DNA of 64,000 nt from the IMG/VR virus record IMGVR_UViG_3300050821_000708, positions 946 to 64,945 of that record; one strand, given 5' to 3'. This DNA comes from a virus (lineage: Duplodnaviria; Caudoviricetes). Positions 9,001 to 18,601 of the stretch are shown here, piece after piece. The notes under the pieces were generated by a model. It searched no databases, had not been told where the DNA came from, and worked only from the letters and a program-made list of their open reading frames with translations. Made by a program: the position numbers and the translations under genes. Position 1 is the stretch's first letter, and every line of letters begins with the position of its first letter.

Positions 9001-11269
9001 CCCAGCCCTCCTTCAACCGGGAGAAGCGTACCTCAGCGTCGCTCTTGGCCAGTGCCTGAATGAGGTCACCGGGGCTCGGCTCGCACTCGCCAAGACCATG
9101 AGCCGAGGCCACCAGAGCCAGTACTTCGCCGTTGTCATCGAAGACAGCCGAGGAACGCATGACTGGGAAGCCGGGGACATTGACAGTGAGCAAAGTACGC
9201 AAGGCTCCGCGAATCCACTCACCACTCACTTGACCGCTCGCCTCGATGGTCGTCAGCCAGTCCTCATCCATGGTGGGCAGCACCACACCGGAGAACCAGA
9301 TGCCTCGGTCGTCCTGACCCAACGTCACAGCAGCCCACGCGTTGCGCAGGTCATCGAAGTGAGCCTGCGTCGGACCCTCGCTGAGCAACTGCTTCGCGCC
9401 CCGGTGAGCCACGCCGTAGGTGATCAAGCCGGTCTTGAGGTAGCCCTCGTCGGTCTTGGTCCGTCCGAGGTGGAACTCCGGGAAGCCCTTGTAGTCCTCA
9501 GGGACTTCGACGCACGTGCCGGTCTTGCCGATGTGGCACACGCCCCACTCGCCCGCGTAGCCGTAAGTACGTCGGAAGCCGTACTCGTCCGGCTCCTCGA
9601 TGACGAGAGCGTCAGTGTCCGGGTGGTACGTGAAGTATTCAGCCGGAGGCAGAACACGCGCCTTCGGAGAAGCGGTGAGGACAAGGTTAAACGTCGCGTA
9701 GTCATCCTCGTCCAACGACCACGTTTCCGGCAGGAGCGACGTCGCTCCGAGTGCCGCTGCGCGCTTGCGGATGTGAGCCTTCGCGGCAGCGGGGTCCTTG
9801 GCTCGACCGATGGCTCGGATCGCGTTCTTGAGGTCCTGAACGTTGTCGATGGGGAACGAACCGTCAGGAAGCGCCTTGCCGGACTTGGCCAGATCGTCAC
9901 GCTGAGCCTCGGTGTAGTCCTTGAACGCAGCAGCGGTGAGGACATCAGTCCATGCCTCGTTGGCCGATGCGTGCTCGGAGCCACCCTCGGTGCCCTTGGC
10001 CGCTCGGTCCATCTTCGCGTGGGTGGAAGGCCAGTAGCCGAGCGCGTCGAAGTGCCACTGAGCGATGATCTGGTTCAGGTATCGCATCTTGTCCGGGCTG
10101 TGCTCTGCGATCTCTTTGCCGATCAACGCCTTGGCGCGAGCGAAGTCGCCGGGAGTGCCCCAACCAACCTTGTCGTACCCCGGCTGACCCTTCTCGGTCC
10201 AGTAGGCGTGGATGCGGTCAGTCGCCTTCGGGTTCGTACCCCATCCAGCGCCTCGACCGAACGTCAGGTTGCCACTGGCGACCATGGTGGCCTCGTCGTC
10301 AGTGCCCTCGACCGGCATGTCCGGGTGAGGACCGAGAGCGATGTAGGCCTCAGCGAACGCCGGGATCGAGACAATGCAGGCTCCGGAGATACGACCCTTG
10401 TCGAACCACCGGCCATCACGCTCCACCGAGGTCTTCACGTCCATGTTCGGCTTGTCAGCGTCGATGGACACGCCGTACCGACCGAAGTGCTGGAGCAGGT
10501 CAACGACCTCATCGGCTTCCGGACTGGCCATCATCCGGCCTTCCCAGTGGATCATGCCGTCCTTGCGCATGAGCCGGTCGATGGAGGTGGTCGTGGCAGC
10601 GTTACTGTGACCGCTGTCAGACCACTTCTGCCATGTCATTGGCAGTGGAAGGGGGCGCGCAGTCAGCGCCTCGACCCCGAAGCCACGACCATCGCCCGAT
10701 TCAACGTCTTCGGGGGCCAAAATGCCGTGAACGGGGATGGAATTCGCCGCGATGGCCCCGAAATCGGTCTCGTCGCCCATATCCGTCTCCTGCTCAGTGT
10801 CTTGGTTTCCAGAAACCAGATCCCAGTCGAAATCGTCCATCTCAGGGCGCAAATTGCTCATCTGCTGTGCCCCATCAGGCGAAATCCATGCTACTGCCTG
10901 CACTTCACGCGTCGGAGACCAGTTATCGAGCGAAAATTGGGTCGGAGTGGCGTAGATGAAGCACTCGTAGATGCCATTGTCGGCCTGGTAGACCCCAATG
11001 ACGGTGCCTTGGGGCACTCCGTATCCAGTCTCCTCGGTGAACTCCCTCTGAGCGCCCTGCCACGGGCTCTCACCGGCCTCCAGACCACCTCCGGGCATCT
11101 CCCACGTCTCCTGAACGGCGGGATCGTCGGTCTCAGCGAAAGCCCGCTGGGTCATCAGGACGTTTCCGGTGTCTTCTGCGACCACACAGAGGCCCGCGAA
11201 GGTGATCCCGTCACCCATTCCGGCGTAATGGATCGCTCGCAGGTCATTCTCGGTCCAGTAGTCAGCCAC
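8987..11269 (-). CDS. capsid maturation protease fused to an N-terminal Nudix hydrolase
   Basis: Complete Nudix box GGLEAGESPWQGAQREFTEETGY; then protease-like region (HGILAPE..ESGDGR, GVSID, ISGACIVSIPAF.EA); lies between portal and capsid genes. Confidence 0.8.
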   Translation of the reverse strand: MADYWTENDLRAIHYAGMGDGITFAGLCVVAEDTGNVLMTQRAFAETDDPAVQETWEMPGGGLEAGESPWQGAQREFTEETGYGVPQGTVIGVYQADNGIYECFIYATPTQFSLDNWSPTREVQAVAWISPDGAQQMSNLRPEMDDFDWDLVSGNQDTEQETDMGDETDFGAIAANSIPVHGILAPEDVESGDGRGFGVEALTARPLPLPMTWQKWSDSGHSNAATTTSIDRLMRKDGMIHWEGRMMASPEADEVVDLLQHFGRYGVSIDADKPNMDVKTSVERDGRWFDKGRISGACIVSIPAFAEAYIALGPHPDMPVEGTDDEATMVASGNLTFGRGAGWGTNPKATDRIHAYWTEKGQPGYDKVGWGTPGDFARAKALIGKEIAEHSPDKMRYLNQIIAQWHFDALGYWPSTHAKMDRAAKGTEGGSEHASANEAWTDVLTAAAFKDYTEAQRDDLAKSGKALPDGSFPIDNVQDLKNAIRAIGRAKDPAAAKAHIRKRAAALGATSLLPETWSLDEDDYATFNLVLTASPKARVLPPAEYFTYHPDTDALVIEEPDEYGFRRTYGYAGEWGVCHIGKTGTCVEVPEDYKGFPEFHLGRTKTDEGYLKTGLITYGVAHRGAKQLLSEGPTQAHFDDLRNAWAAVTLGQDDRGIWFSGVVLPTMDEDWLTTIEASGQVSGEWIRGALRTLLTVNVPGFPVMRSSAVFDDNGEVLALVASAHGLGECEPSPGDLIQALAKSDAEVRFSRLKEGWDVRL

Positions 11270-13295
11270 GGAGGACTCCCATCAAGTCGCTGTGTGCGTA
11301 CGGACGCTGGTTGTTGTAGAGATCCGCGCAGAACGCGCCCATCTTGGCTGTCAGATCACGCAATTCCGCCGCACTGGCACCATCGAACACGGTGGCGGCG
11401 AGTGAGAAGTCGAAGTCAGAGGCTGACCAACCCGTGTCAGACAACGTGGCCGTGATGTGAGCCATGTGCGCCGGGGTCGTTCGGTCCTTGTCCCGTCCCC
11501 GTCGCCCGTCGTTCAGCAGACGATTCCCGGCCTTCTCCAGCGCACGGAGAACCAATGCCTCGCACTTGGCCTCCCGAACGGCGTACGGAGCCGCTGAGTG
11601 ATCGTGCTGCTCAGTGGGCTTGCCGTCCGCCTTGGGGTGAGTCTCCAGTGACGGCGCTCCGTTGCCATTTGAGATGCCCTTGGGTGCCGGGTTTCCAGAA
11701 ACCGCCGGACCAGAGCCGTCCTCGTAGCCTCCTGCGGCTCCGGGCAGCGGCTCCAGTTCCAGATCCACGCCGAGTACCTTGAGTGCGGCCTGAATTTGCT
11801 CAGGTGCGACCGTTCCCGTGGCAACCTTGTTGGTCAGCCACGTCTGGTACTCCTGCTTAGTCATCATGTCGGTGTCTGGGTCGAAGCCATTCTCCTTGAG
11901 CGCTACTGCGGCCTTGAGAACACCTCGGTCGTACCACTCCAGCGCCTCCTTGGAGCGATCCTGCTTGAGGCGCAAAGTAGCCGTGTCATAGCCGACCACC
12001 TTCTCGGTGTTCTCCACGACCGAGCGCAGGTAACCAGAGGTGAGGCTGGATACGAAGATGTCCAAAGCGGGCTCGATGTGAGTCGAGATCGTCTGCTCCT
12101 CGTTGGCCCACATACCCCAGTGGTTCACCGAGCCCGTGGTGCCACGTCCCGAGCCGCCACCAATAAGGCCGGATGAGCCCAGCACCTGCTCCGGGGGCAG
12201 ATCCATGCCGAGCGCGAAGCGACGGATCGCATCGCTACGAAGGATCATCGCCTTGTCGTCAATCGTTGACCAGAACTGGATCAGTTTCTTCTGGTCGATG
12301 GCCGTCAGTGCCTCGGGGTTCGCCATGACGATGCTCGGGAAGGCGACCTCATCAGCGTCGAGGAAGTCCATCGAGGCGTTGGCGAGGCTCAACATGAACT
12401 GCTCGGCCTCGTTCATCAGAGCGATGGCCTCAGCGCCACCCTCCACGGCGTCAGCCGGGGGCGGTGGGAAGGTCAGGTTCTCCGGAAGGAACCAGACACC
12501 AGCCGACATGAGACGGGCGCGAACCTGAGTGAAGATGTGCTTACTCAGGTACTCGATCTCACGCAGGACCGGCAGCAGAGCCCGGAAGGACGACCATGCC
12601 TCGCGGCGGTCCTCGGGGTCTGGGTTCCACAGTCGGATCACCGGGTCGTCAGGTGCCAATTCGAGGAAGATGCCATTGTCATGGCGAACTCGCCACGTCT
12701 TCCCGACCTTCTGGATCTCGGTGACCGCGACGATCTCCCAGATGTAGGTGTTCGGGTTGAGCGCGTCGATCTCGTCCAACTGCTCCTCGTAGTCGGGATC
12801 GAACGGGTCCAGTGTGCCGACCTGCTCCAGCAGGTAGTCATCCCACTTGAGGTAACCCTCCGGCGGCGGTACGAAGTCAGGGTCGGTGTCCACGCGCTCC
12901 CGAGCCAGCAGGTAGCACTCCCCGGCCACGGTGTAGTGGAGCATGTAGTCGCGGATCAACTTGGATCGCTCGCGCACGGTTGGTGCCAGTGCCATCAGCG
13001 CCTCGACCTCGGGACCGCTGTCAATCCACGTCACTGATCCACCCGGCAGGGCTGTGGGCTCGGTGATGCCGATGGCAGCCCTTGCGGCCATGGCGGCGAA
13101 GATCGTCACCGCGTAACGGGCCTCACCACAGATGTTGACCTGCCGGTAAGCCTCGATCTGCCACGGCTTGGCGATGGAGTTTCGGTCGGTGTTCGGGTTC
13201 GACGGGCGCTGCGGGCGATAGATCGCCGTGCTGCCTGCCATCGCAATAGGCGGAGCCTTACGGACAGCGGCTGCCGGAGCCTTCGGACGGGCCAT
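11262..13295 (-). CDS. portal protein
   Basis: 677 aa between terminase and protease; motifs WQ.EAY....GE.RY, AI.R.A.GMDLPPE..LG...NHW..W...E characteristic of actinophage portals. Confidence 0.85.
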   Translation of the reverse strand: MARPKAPAAAVRKAPPIAMAGSTAIYRPQRPSNPNTDRNSIAKPWQIEAYRQVNICGEARYAVTIFAAMAARAAIGITEPTALPGGSVTWIDSGPEVEALMALAPTVRERSKLIRDYMLHYTVAGECYLLARERVDTDPDFVPPPEGYLKWDDYLLEQVGTLDPFDPDYEEQLDEIDALNPNTYIWEIVAVTEIQKVGKTWRVRHDNGIFLELAPDDPVIRLWNPDPEDRREAWSSFRALLPVLREIEYLSKHIFTQVRARLMSAGVWFLPENLTFPPPPADAVEGGAEAIALMNEAEQFMLSLANASMDFLDADEVAFPSIVMANPEALTAIDQKKLIQFWSTIDDKAMILRSDAIRRFALGMDLPPEQVLGSSGLIGGGSGRGTTGSVNHWGMWANEEQTISTHIEPALDIFVSSLTSGYLRSVVENTEKVVGYDTATLRLKQDRSKEALEWYDRGVLKAAVALKENGFDPDTDMMTKQEYQTWLTNKVATGTVAPEQIQAALKVLGVDLELEPLPGAAGGYEDGSGPAVSGNPAPKGISNGNGAPSLETHPKADGKPTEQHDHSAAPYAVREAKCEALVLRALEKAGNRLLNDGRRGRDKDRTTPAHMAHITATLSDTGWSASDFDFSLAATVFDGASAAELRDLTAKMGAFCADLYNNQRPYAHSDLMGVLRG

Positions 13296-13630
13296 CAGTC
13301 CTCCACCTCGTCGTTGTCACCGTCGTGAACCATGATGATCGCGGCTACGTACGATGCACCAAAGACAGCGTTGACGAGTAGCCACACGGTATTCCAGTGG
13401 GAGTAATACCCCCACAGAACGATGGCCACAGTGACCCAGAAACTCATACAGTAGCCGCAGTACGCGAGCAGTTGCCATGAGCGCCTCATCGGGGTCTTGT
13501 CAGTCCACTCAATGAACTCGTCGCGGACCCACTTGATCGGTGGGAAAGTGTCGAACGTCAGCAGGCGGGTCACCCGCGCTGCGCTCAGGATCGTGATGAT
13601 CGCAACAGCGACCCACTGGAAGTTACTCAA
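13295..13630 (-). CDS. DUF1360-like membrane protein
   Basis: ARVTRLLT.D....R...L..C.YC.SFW motif with hydrophobic segments; probable TTG start at 13630. Confidence 0.7.
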   Translation of the reverse strand: MSNFQWVAVAIITILSAARVTRLLTFDTFPPIKWVRDEFIEWTDKTPMRRSWQLLAYCGYCMSFWVTVAIVLWGYYSHWNTVWLLVNAVFGASYVAAIIMVHDGDNDEVED

Positions 13631-14496
13631 CGCTGGCTCCTCGGCACAGGTATCTGTTCTGGTGAACACAGGGTAGCCGACGCTCGGCCATTCAGGTGAG
13701 CGGCGTACGGCACGAACCTCGGATTTCGGGCCATCTCATCGAGGATCAGTTCTTGCTTCGCTGTGTCTGCGGTACTGCGTACGACCGAGGTGATCTTGCG
13801 GCGTCTGGACACCAATGAGCCTACGGCTTCTCCGGGCTGGGGCATGTCCTCGCAGTACCAGTAATTGCGCGCTCCCATGGCGTTACGCCCGTCCGGACCC
13901 TGCCCCGCGTTGTCGATGGGTGCCACGTACCAGTCCGGCGTTAGACCCATGATGTGGAAACGCCTGCTCCACTCGACGTGCTCGTGGCCCCCGGTGCCGA
14001 AGGCCTCGACCATGCCACCTACGGCGACGACTCCACCCCATGTGGAGTAGAGCACTGACCCCCTTGGCCAGTCCCATGTCGAGTAGGTCTTGCGCGTCGA
14101 GAAGCGTTTGTGAGCGCCCCAGCACACCATCGAGTGCTGGATACCCACCTCACTCATCCTGATGTGTTTGTCCAATGATGCCGCTCGCAGAGGGAAGGCA
14201 TCGTCGTCGCTGAGGAACAGGTGGTCCACGCTCAGGTCCATGAGCAGTTCAAGCCCCGTGTTCTTGTTGACGGCTACGCCCTGTCTACTGTCACTGGCCC
14301 GATCAACCGGCCTGCCGCACTGGTACACCGTGGCGTAGTCGCCTACCAGAGACAAGACAGCCTCAGCGTCGAACTCCGACCCATCTACCGTGACGAACAG
14401 GGGCCCATCGAAGGCGGCGCGCCACGCCTTGACCGAGGTTTCCAGAAACCCGAGCCGGTGCTGTTGGCCAGTGGTGCTGATCGCTACGCCAATCAT
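13627..14496 (-). CDS. glycosyltransferase (GT-A/GT2-like)
   Basis: IGVAISTT, VTVDGS, GVAVNKN.GL, HLFLSDDD (DxD), G.GGHEHVEWSRR. Confidence 0.8.
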   Translation of the reverse strand: MIGVAISTTGQQHRLGFLETSVKAWRAAFDGPLFVTVDGSEFDAEAVLSLVGDYATVYQCGRPVDRASDSRQGVAVNKNTGLELLMDLSVDHLFLSDDDAFPLRAASLDKHIRMSEVGIQHSMVCWGAHKRFSTRKTYSTWDWPRGSVLYSTWGGVVAVGGMVEAFGTGGHEHVEWSRRFHIMGLTPDWYVAPIDNAGQGPDGRNAMGARNYWYCEDMPQPGEAVGSLVSRRRKITSVVRSTADTAKQELILDEMARNPRFVPYAAHLNGRASATLCSPEQIPVPRSQR

Positions 14497-14729
14497 CTGG
14501 TCACCACCCTGAACTGTCTGCCACAGTGCCGGTACTCGATCTTCTTGCCGTGCTGGGAGAAGATATCCATGATCTCGTCACAGAAGGGGCACTTGGCTAC
14601 CAGATCGAGTGCTACCTCACGACCCTCGTGCTCGATGTCCACATGTGCCTTGACCAGACCCATCGGAATGTCTCCAGCGGGAATCCAGTCGCACTCACGG
14701 CACTTGAGCACCCACTTCGGTTGTCTCAT
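14493..14729 (-). CDS. small Cys/His zinc-binding protein
   Basis: CREC...H...H and CPFC...HC motifs; ATG at 14729. Confidence 0.6.
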   Translation of the reverse strand: MRQPKWVLKCRECDWIPAGDIPMGLVKAHVDIEHEGREVALDLVAKCPFCDEIMDIFSQHGKKIEYRHCGRQFRVVTR

Positions 14730-14869
14730 GCCTCGGCTCCCTTGGTAGTGACTCGCCAGACGACCCCGATCATCAGGACCAGTAGCCAGACAGCCATCAG
14801 AGTCATCTTCACCAGCCACGCTGCTATGACCACCAACAGGACGATCAGCCTGAGCAGAAGTTCCAACAT
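14726..14869 (-). CDS. small membrane protein
   Basis: Read manually: MLELLLRLIVLLVVIAAWLVKMTLMAVWLLVLMIGVVWRVTTKGAEA*. Confidence 0.5.
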   Translation of the reverse strand: MLELLLRLIVLLVVIAAWLVKMTLMAVWLLVLMIGVVWRVTTKGAEA

Positions 14870-14890
14870 AGTGTGACACACTATCAGACG

Positions 14891-16423
14891 CTACCTGCCA
14901 AAATTCCTTTTCTTGAGCGCCTTGAGCGCGTCCCGCTGGGTCGCCATGGCAGTGCCGTACTTGATGCCCTTCTCCAAGTTCTTGATCGCCCAGACCAGTG
15001 CGTCCACGCGGTTAGGCGAGGGGAACTTGCCGCCCCGGCTCTTGGGCACCCACATGGTCTGCTCAACCTCCAGCGCCGACAGGTCGCCATACGCTGTCGG
15101 AGACACTACGTGTGTGACCCGATGTTGCTCGTACTTGCCCACGGTCGGTTCAGCGCGAGTCTCCTTGGACAGCACAGCGTGTTCCAGCAGGATCCTGTAC
15201 TCCTCACCGTTCTCATCCTTACCTTCGGCGGGATGGAGTTTCGCCCAGTCCTTGAGGGTCTGCCGCACCATGTCGCCACCGAAGTTCTTCTCCACGATGA
15301 TCCGGTTCGCCCTGATCAGCCTCGCGGTCTTGTAAACGCGCTCGGCCCACTCCGCAGGAGAGCCCTTGAGAGTGCCGTCAGCCAGCACGTAGAACTGACC
15401 GTCACCACTATGTATTGCTCCGCAACCTATGATGCCCGTTGCGTCACTCCTCGGTCCCTTGGAGCCAGCCGGGTCAACAGCCAGCACCCGATCGTCCATG
15501 GCGTCCAGCAGGTTCTGGAACTCGACCGCGCCGACGTGCTCGTGGACATACATGTCGTCGTTCCAGAACGCACCCTCGACATCTCGCAGGACCTCGCCGT
15601 GCAACTCTTGGCGACCCATACGGGTGCCCTCGTACCGCTTCTTCATGTCCTTGATGTAGTCCGCCGACAAGTTCGCCTTGTTCGCGTAGGTACTCACCCG
15701 GCGCATGGTGACGTCCTCGTCGTCCTCCATCATCATCACCCACGGGGTGGACGTCGGAGTCGATGTCACCAAGATATGGATGGGGTTACCGGGCGTCTCG
15801 ATACGGGTGGCCAGTTTGAGGTTCATCCACGCGGTCTCGATCTCCGCCATGAATGCACCCTCATCGACCCATGCCGCACCGACGTTGATAGACCTGATGT
15901 TCTCTGGTTTCTCTGCGCTGAACAGGTAGGTGGTTGTGCCGTTGGGCCAGACCAGAATGTCCTTGCTCGCGAAATACTCGGGCATGAACTCGGGGTGTGC
16001 GGTCTCCATGATGCGCTTGACGTGGGTGTTGACCAACTCAGTACCACGACGACCCAAAATGAGCGTATCTACGCCCTTGCGGTGGTTGTGGTGGATGAAC
16101 TGGGAGCCAGTCTCAGTCTTACCGGTGCCTCGACCAGAAGACAAGTACAGCACCCACGGCTTGCTCCATGGCAGCAGGCGCTGGTCGGGGCGGGCGTGAT
16201 TGTGCTGCCACGCGGGGTCATCATCATGGGGCCAGCGCGGGTGCTCCCCGAGCCGGTTGCCCTCGTCATCTTCCAAGTACCGAGAGCCGGGACAGGTCGA
16301 GAACTTGCACCAGAAGGGTCGCCAGCCGCTGTTCTTGACCCTCAGCAGGCGCTCGGCTACGGCCTGTTGGTCCTCAGGACTCAGGGTCTGGAATTGCTTC
16401 TTGACAGCGCTATCTGTCTTCAC
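14891..16423 (-). CDS. terL: terminase large subunit
   Basis: Walker A GRGTGKT, Walker B AWVDE, TSTP coupling motif, RQELHGE, nuclease AVDPA...SDATG and SPNRVDALVW. Confidence 0.95.
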   Translation of the reverse strand: MKTDSAVKKQFQTLSPEDQQAVAERLLRVKNSGWRPFWCKFSTCPGSRYLEDDEGNRLGEHPRWPHDDDPAWQHNHARPDQRLLPWSKPWVLYLSSGRGTGKTETGSQFIHHNHRKGVDTLILGRRGTELVNTHVKRIMETAHPEFMPEYFASKDILVWPNGTTTYLFSAEKPENIRSINVGAAWVDEGAFMAEIETAWMNLKLATRIETPGNPIHILVTSTPTSTPWVMMMEDDEDVTMRRVSTYANKANLSADYIKDMKKRYEGTRMGRQELHGEVLRDVEGAFWNDDMYVHEHVGAVEFQNLLDAMDDRVLAVDPAGSKGPRSDATGIIGCGAIHSGDGQFYVLADGTLKGSPAEWAERVYKTARLIRANRIIVEKNFGGDMVRQTLKDWAKLHPAEGKDENGEEYRILLEHAVLSKETRAEPTVGKYEQHRVTHVVSPTAYGDLSALEVEQTMWVPKSRGGKFPSPNRVDALVWAIKNLEKGIKYGTAMATQRDALKALKKRNFGR

Positions 16424-16503
16424 TCCCAGCCCTCCAACAGGTGTGCGGGTCCCGGTGACTCCGACACTTCACGCAACAGTACCGATAGAGGTCCATCCCG
16501 TGC

Positions 16504-16647
16504 TCACAGATCGTCTTCACGGTATAACTCCCTCAACCACTTACGGTACTCACGACGCCACTTCCACTTGCATTCTCCGGGCATCGATGCGGGTAGCCCA
16601 CACTTCGTGCAATAGACGCACCCCACGTCCACCCAGTTGTGCCTCAT
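16504..16647 (-). CDS. small Cys-rich hypothetical protein
   Basis: Read manually: MRHNWVDVGCVYCTKCGLP...; fills the gap between the terminase genes. Confidence 0.4.
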   Translation of the reverse strand: MRHNWVDVGCVYCTKCGLPASMPGECKWKWRREYRKWLRELYREDDL

Positions 16648-17324
16648 AGTGCTTCCTCATCAGTGTCGTCTTCGATGCGGTTTCCAGAAACTTCCAATTC
16701 CAGCGCTGACTGCTCCACGAGGTCTTCGACCAGTTCAGCGTCAACGATGTCGAACACGTCCAAGTCATAGTCGAGACCGTCTTGCCTCGACAGCGCTGCC
16801 ACAAGTTGTTCGACTGCTTCTGGTGCCGCCTTGACCTCGATCTCTTGCTGCACGGGTGCAGCGGCACCGTTCAACTTGACCATCTCGGCCAGAATCTTGA
16901 TAGCCCTGTCCTGAGACGCCAGTTTCTTGTCGAACCCGGCTGCGGACAACTTCTGGGTGGTGTCCTTGTCGGTCGCGTCCTCCCAGATCGCTTCCAGCAG
17001 TTCGCTGTACTTCTTGTTCGCCCAGTTGCGCACATACAGCCGCAGTGCAGGCTGGGACTTGATGTAGCGCGCGGTGTCGCGCTGCAACATCTGGTCTACC
17101 TCGTCGGGCGTAGATCCTATGGAGGTAGCAATCTCGGCCAGTGTGTAGCCCCCTATGTAGAGGTTCACGATCTGGGCTAGACGCAGTTGCTCAGCCCTAC
17201 TCAGTCGGTCCCGTTCAGCCTTGTTCTTCTGCCGCGTTATCGCGGCTTTTTGAGATGGTGTGAGTTGTACTGGCTTCTTCGTGGCAGCGTTAATCTGCTG
17301 ATACTTGTCGGTCAGACCGCTCAT
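16644..17324 (-). CDS. terminase small subunit (putative)
   Basis: 226 aa upstream of terL; HTH-like GYTLAEIATSIG and ..AIKIL....KLNG..AP motif. Confidence 0.7.
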   Translation of the reverse strand: MSGLTDKYQQINAATKKPVQLTPSQKAAITRQKNKAERDRLSRAEQLRLAQIVNLYIGGYTLAEIATSIGSTPDEVDQMLQRDTARYIKSQPALRLYVRNWANKKYSELLEAIWEDATDKDTTQKLSAAGFDKKLASQDRAIKILAEMVKLNGAAAPVQQEIEVKAAPEAVEQLVAALSRQDGLDYDLDVFDIVDAELVEDLVEQSALELEVSGNRIEDDTDEEAL

Positions 17325-17327
17325 GGG

Positions 17328-17543
17328 TTATGCCCCAGCGGGGTTGTGCTGTGCTGCTAGAGCGTTTGCCCTGCGGGCCTGCTTCTTGCGCGCAGAGATC
17401 ACCCGGTCCACACAGTCGCGGACTGCCTCAGAACGGCTCGCACCGCTTGCAGCGGCGAGAGCGTCCAATTCAGCGGCTTCGTGCGCGGTGAAGCGCACAG
17501 TCACAAAGACTGAGCGGGGATCAGAGGTCGTCGGCCATGCCAT
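17328..17543 (-). CDS. ribbon-helix-helix (CopG/MobC-like) DNA-binding protein
   Basis: 71 aa from ATG 17543: VTVRFTAHEAAELDALAAASGASRSEAVRDCV. Confidence 0.75.
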   Translation of the reverse strand: MAWPTTSDPRSVFVTVRFTAHEAAELDALAAASGASRSEAVRDCVDRVISARKKQARRANALAAQHNPAGA

Positions 17544-17550
17544 GTCGTAT

Positions 17551-17833
17551 ACCGTACCACAGCATGGTTTGGGCGGGTTTCTGGAAACTCTACTTTTGGG
17601 TATAGGCAGATCAAAGCCCCCGGCTCCCAGAGGAACTACGCTCCCTAGTTCTGTGCAGACTCTGGACTGGAGATGCCGGGGGCTTATCTCGCGAGCCGGA
17701 GCAGTGGCTCGGTCCCAGAATTGTATCACAACATGTGGGCCCTCATATCGTCATACAGTATAACAACATAGTTTCCAGAAACTGTATTCTCTCAAACAGT
17801 GTAATACGGTATAACAACATAGTTTCCAGAAAC
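17551..17833 (-). promoter_or_regulatory. tandem leftward extended -10 promoters with three 12-bp sites
   Basis: - strand ATGTTGTTATACCGT, ATGTTGTTATACTGT, ATGTTGTGATACAAT, ATGCTGTGGTACGGT in an AT-rich divergent intergenic region. Confidence 0.6.
17753..17833. repeat. 30-bp direct repeat, 51-bp period
   Basis: ATAC(A/G)GTATAACAACATAGTTTCCAGAAAC at 17753 and 17804. Confidence 0.9.
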
Positions 17834-17963
17834 CACATATCTCCCGAATACAGGCTTCGTTACTCATGACGGTCGCGTTACGACCTTGCGCAGTAAGGGG
17901 TACCGGCCATACCTTTGTTTCACCAGCCCACGCGGGCAGGAAATCCAACAGATAGGCGAGACC

Positions 17964-18533
17964 ATGAGCAAGAACTCCACCCCCCGCGACAACGCCAGCA
18001 CCAGCCTGACCTCGACGCTGCACCCCGACGTGCGAGCGTCGCACATCACCACGATCACCGAACTCGGACGCGCTGTGTCCACGGTCGGTGCGGCCAGCGA
18101 CATCGCAGAGGCTGTGTTCAACGCGATGCCCGACACCTACGACTGGACTGCCAAGCACGGCAAGTCCACTGCGTTGACGGTGGCCGTGCACGTGTGGGCA
18201 ACCGGCACCGACGACACCGCAGCGTGGCCGCAAATGACGCGCCCCAGCGGTGAGGCGGACGGCAAGCGTGTACGCACGCACTACGCGGTCGGCGTGGATG
18301 CCATCGCCAAGCACCTGCGCAAGTTGGCTGGCACTGCATCGGCCAAGGAAACCGACTGGCTCGGGCTGGCTGTGTCCGCTGCCATGAACGCTTCCAACAA
18401 TGGGGTGGACCTGAGCGTCATCGTGCACGCGATCGTCAACGCCCTGCCGGAGACCGGCGACGATGACGCTGCTATGGCTGAGGCTGTGGTCGAGGTCATC
18501 CGTACGCGCACTGTGCTCGCACTGGCTGTGTGA
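17964..18533 (+). CDS. hypothetical protein, first gene of the rightward arm
   Basis: ATG 17964 after the start-associated motif; good codon bias. Confidence 0.75.
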   Translation: MSKNSTPRDNASTSLTSTLHPDVRASHITTITELGRAVSTVGAASDIAEAVFNAMPDTYDWTAKHGKSTALTVAVHVWATGTDDTAAWPQMTRPSGEADGKRVRTHYAVGVDAIAKHLRKLAGTASAKETDWLGLAVSAAMNASNNGVDLSVIVHAIVNALPETGDDDAAMAEAVVEVIRTRTVLALAV

Positions 18534-18601
18534 CTGACCTAGCCCGGTGTGCGACAGTCGCATACCCACACACCGGGCCGTACACATCCAAGGAGACGGC
18601 A

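Noticed and set aside
1714-16615. Long antisense ORFs (1714-3564, 8972-11455, 14873-16615 on +, and similar ones elsewhere)
   Set aside because: They mirror well-supported genes on the opposite strand; expected from high GC3 codon bias, with no recognisable motifs.
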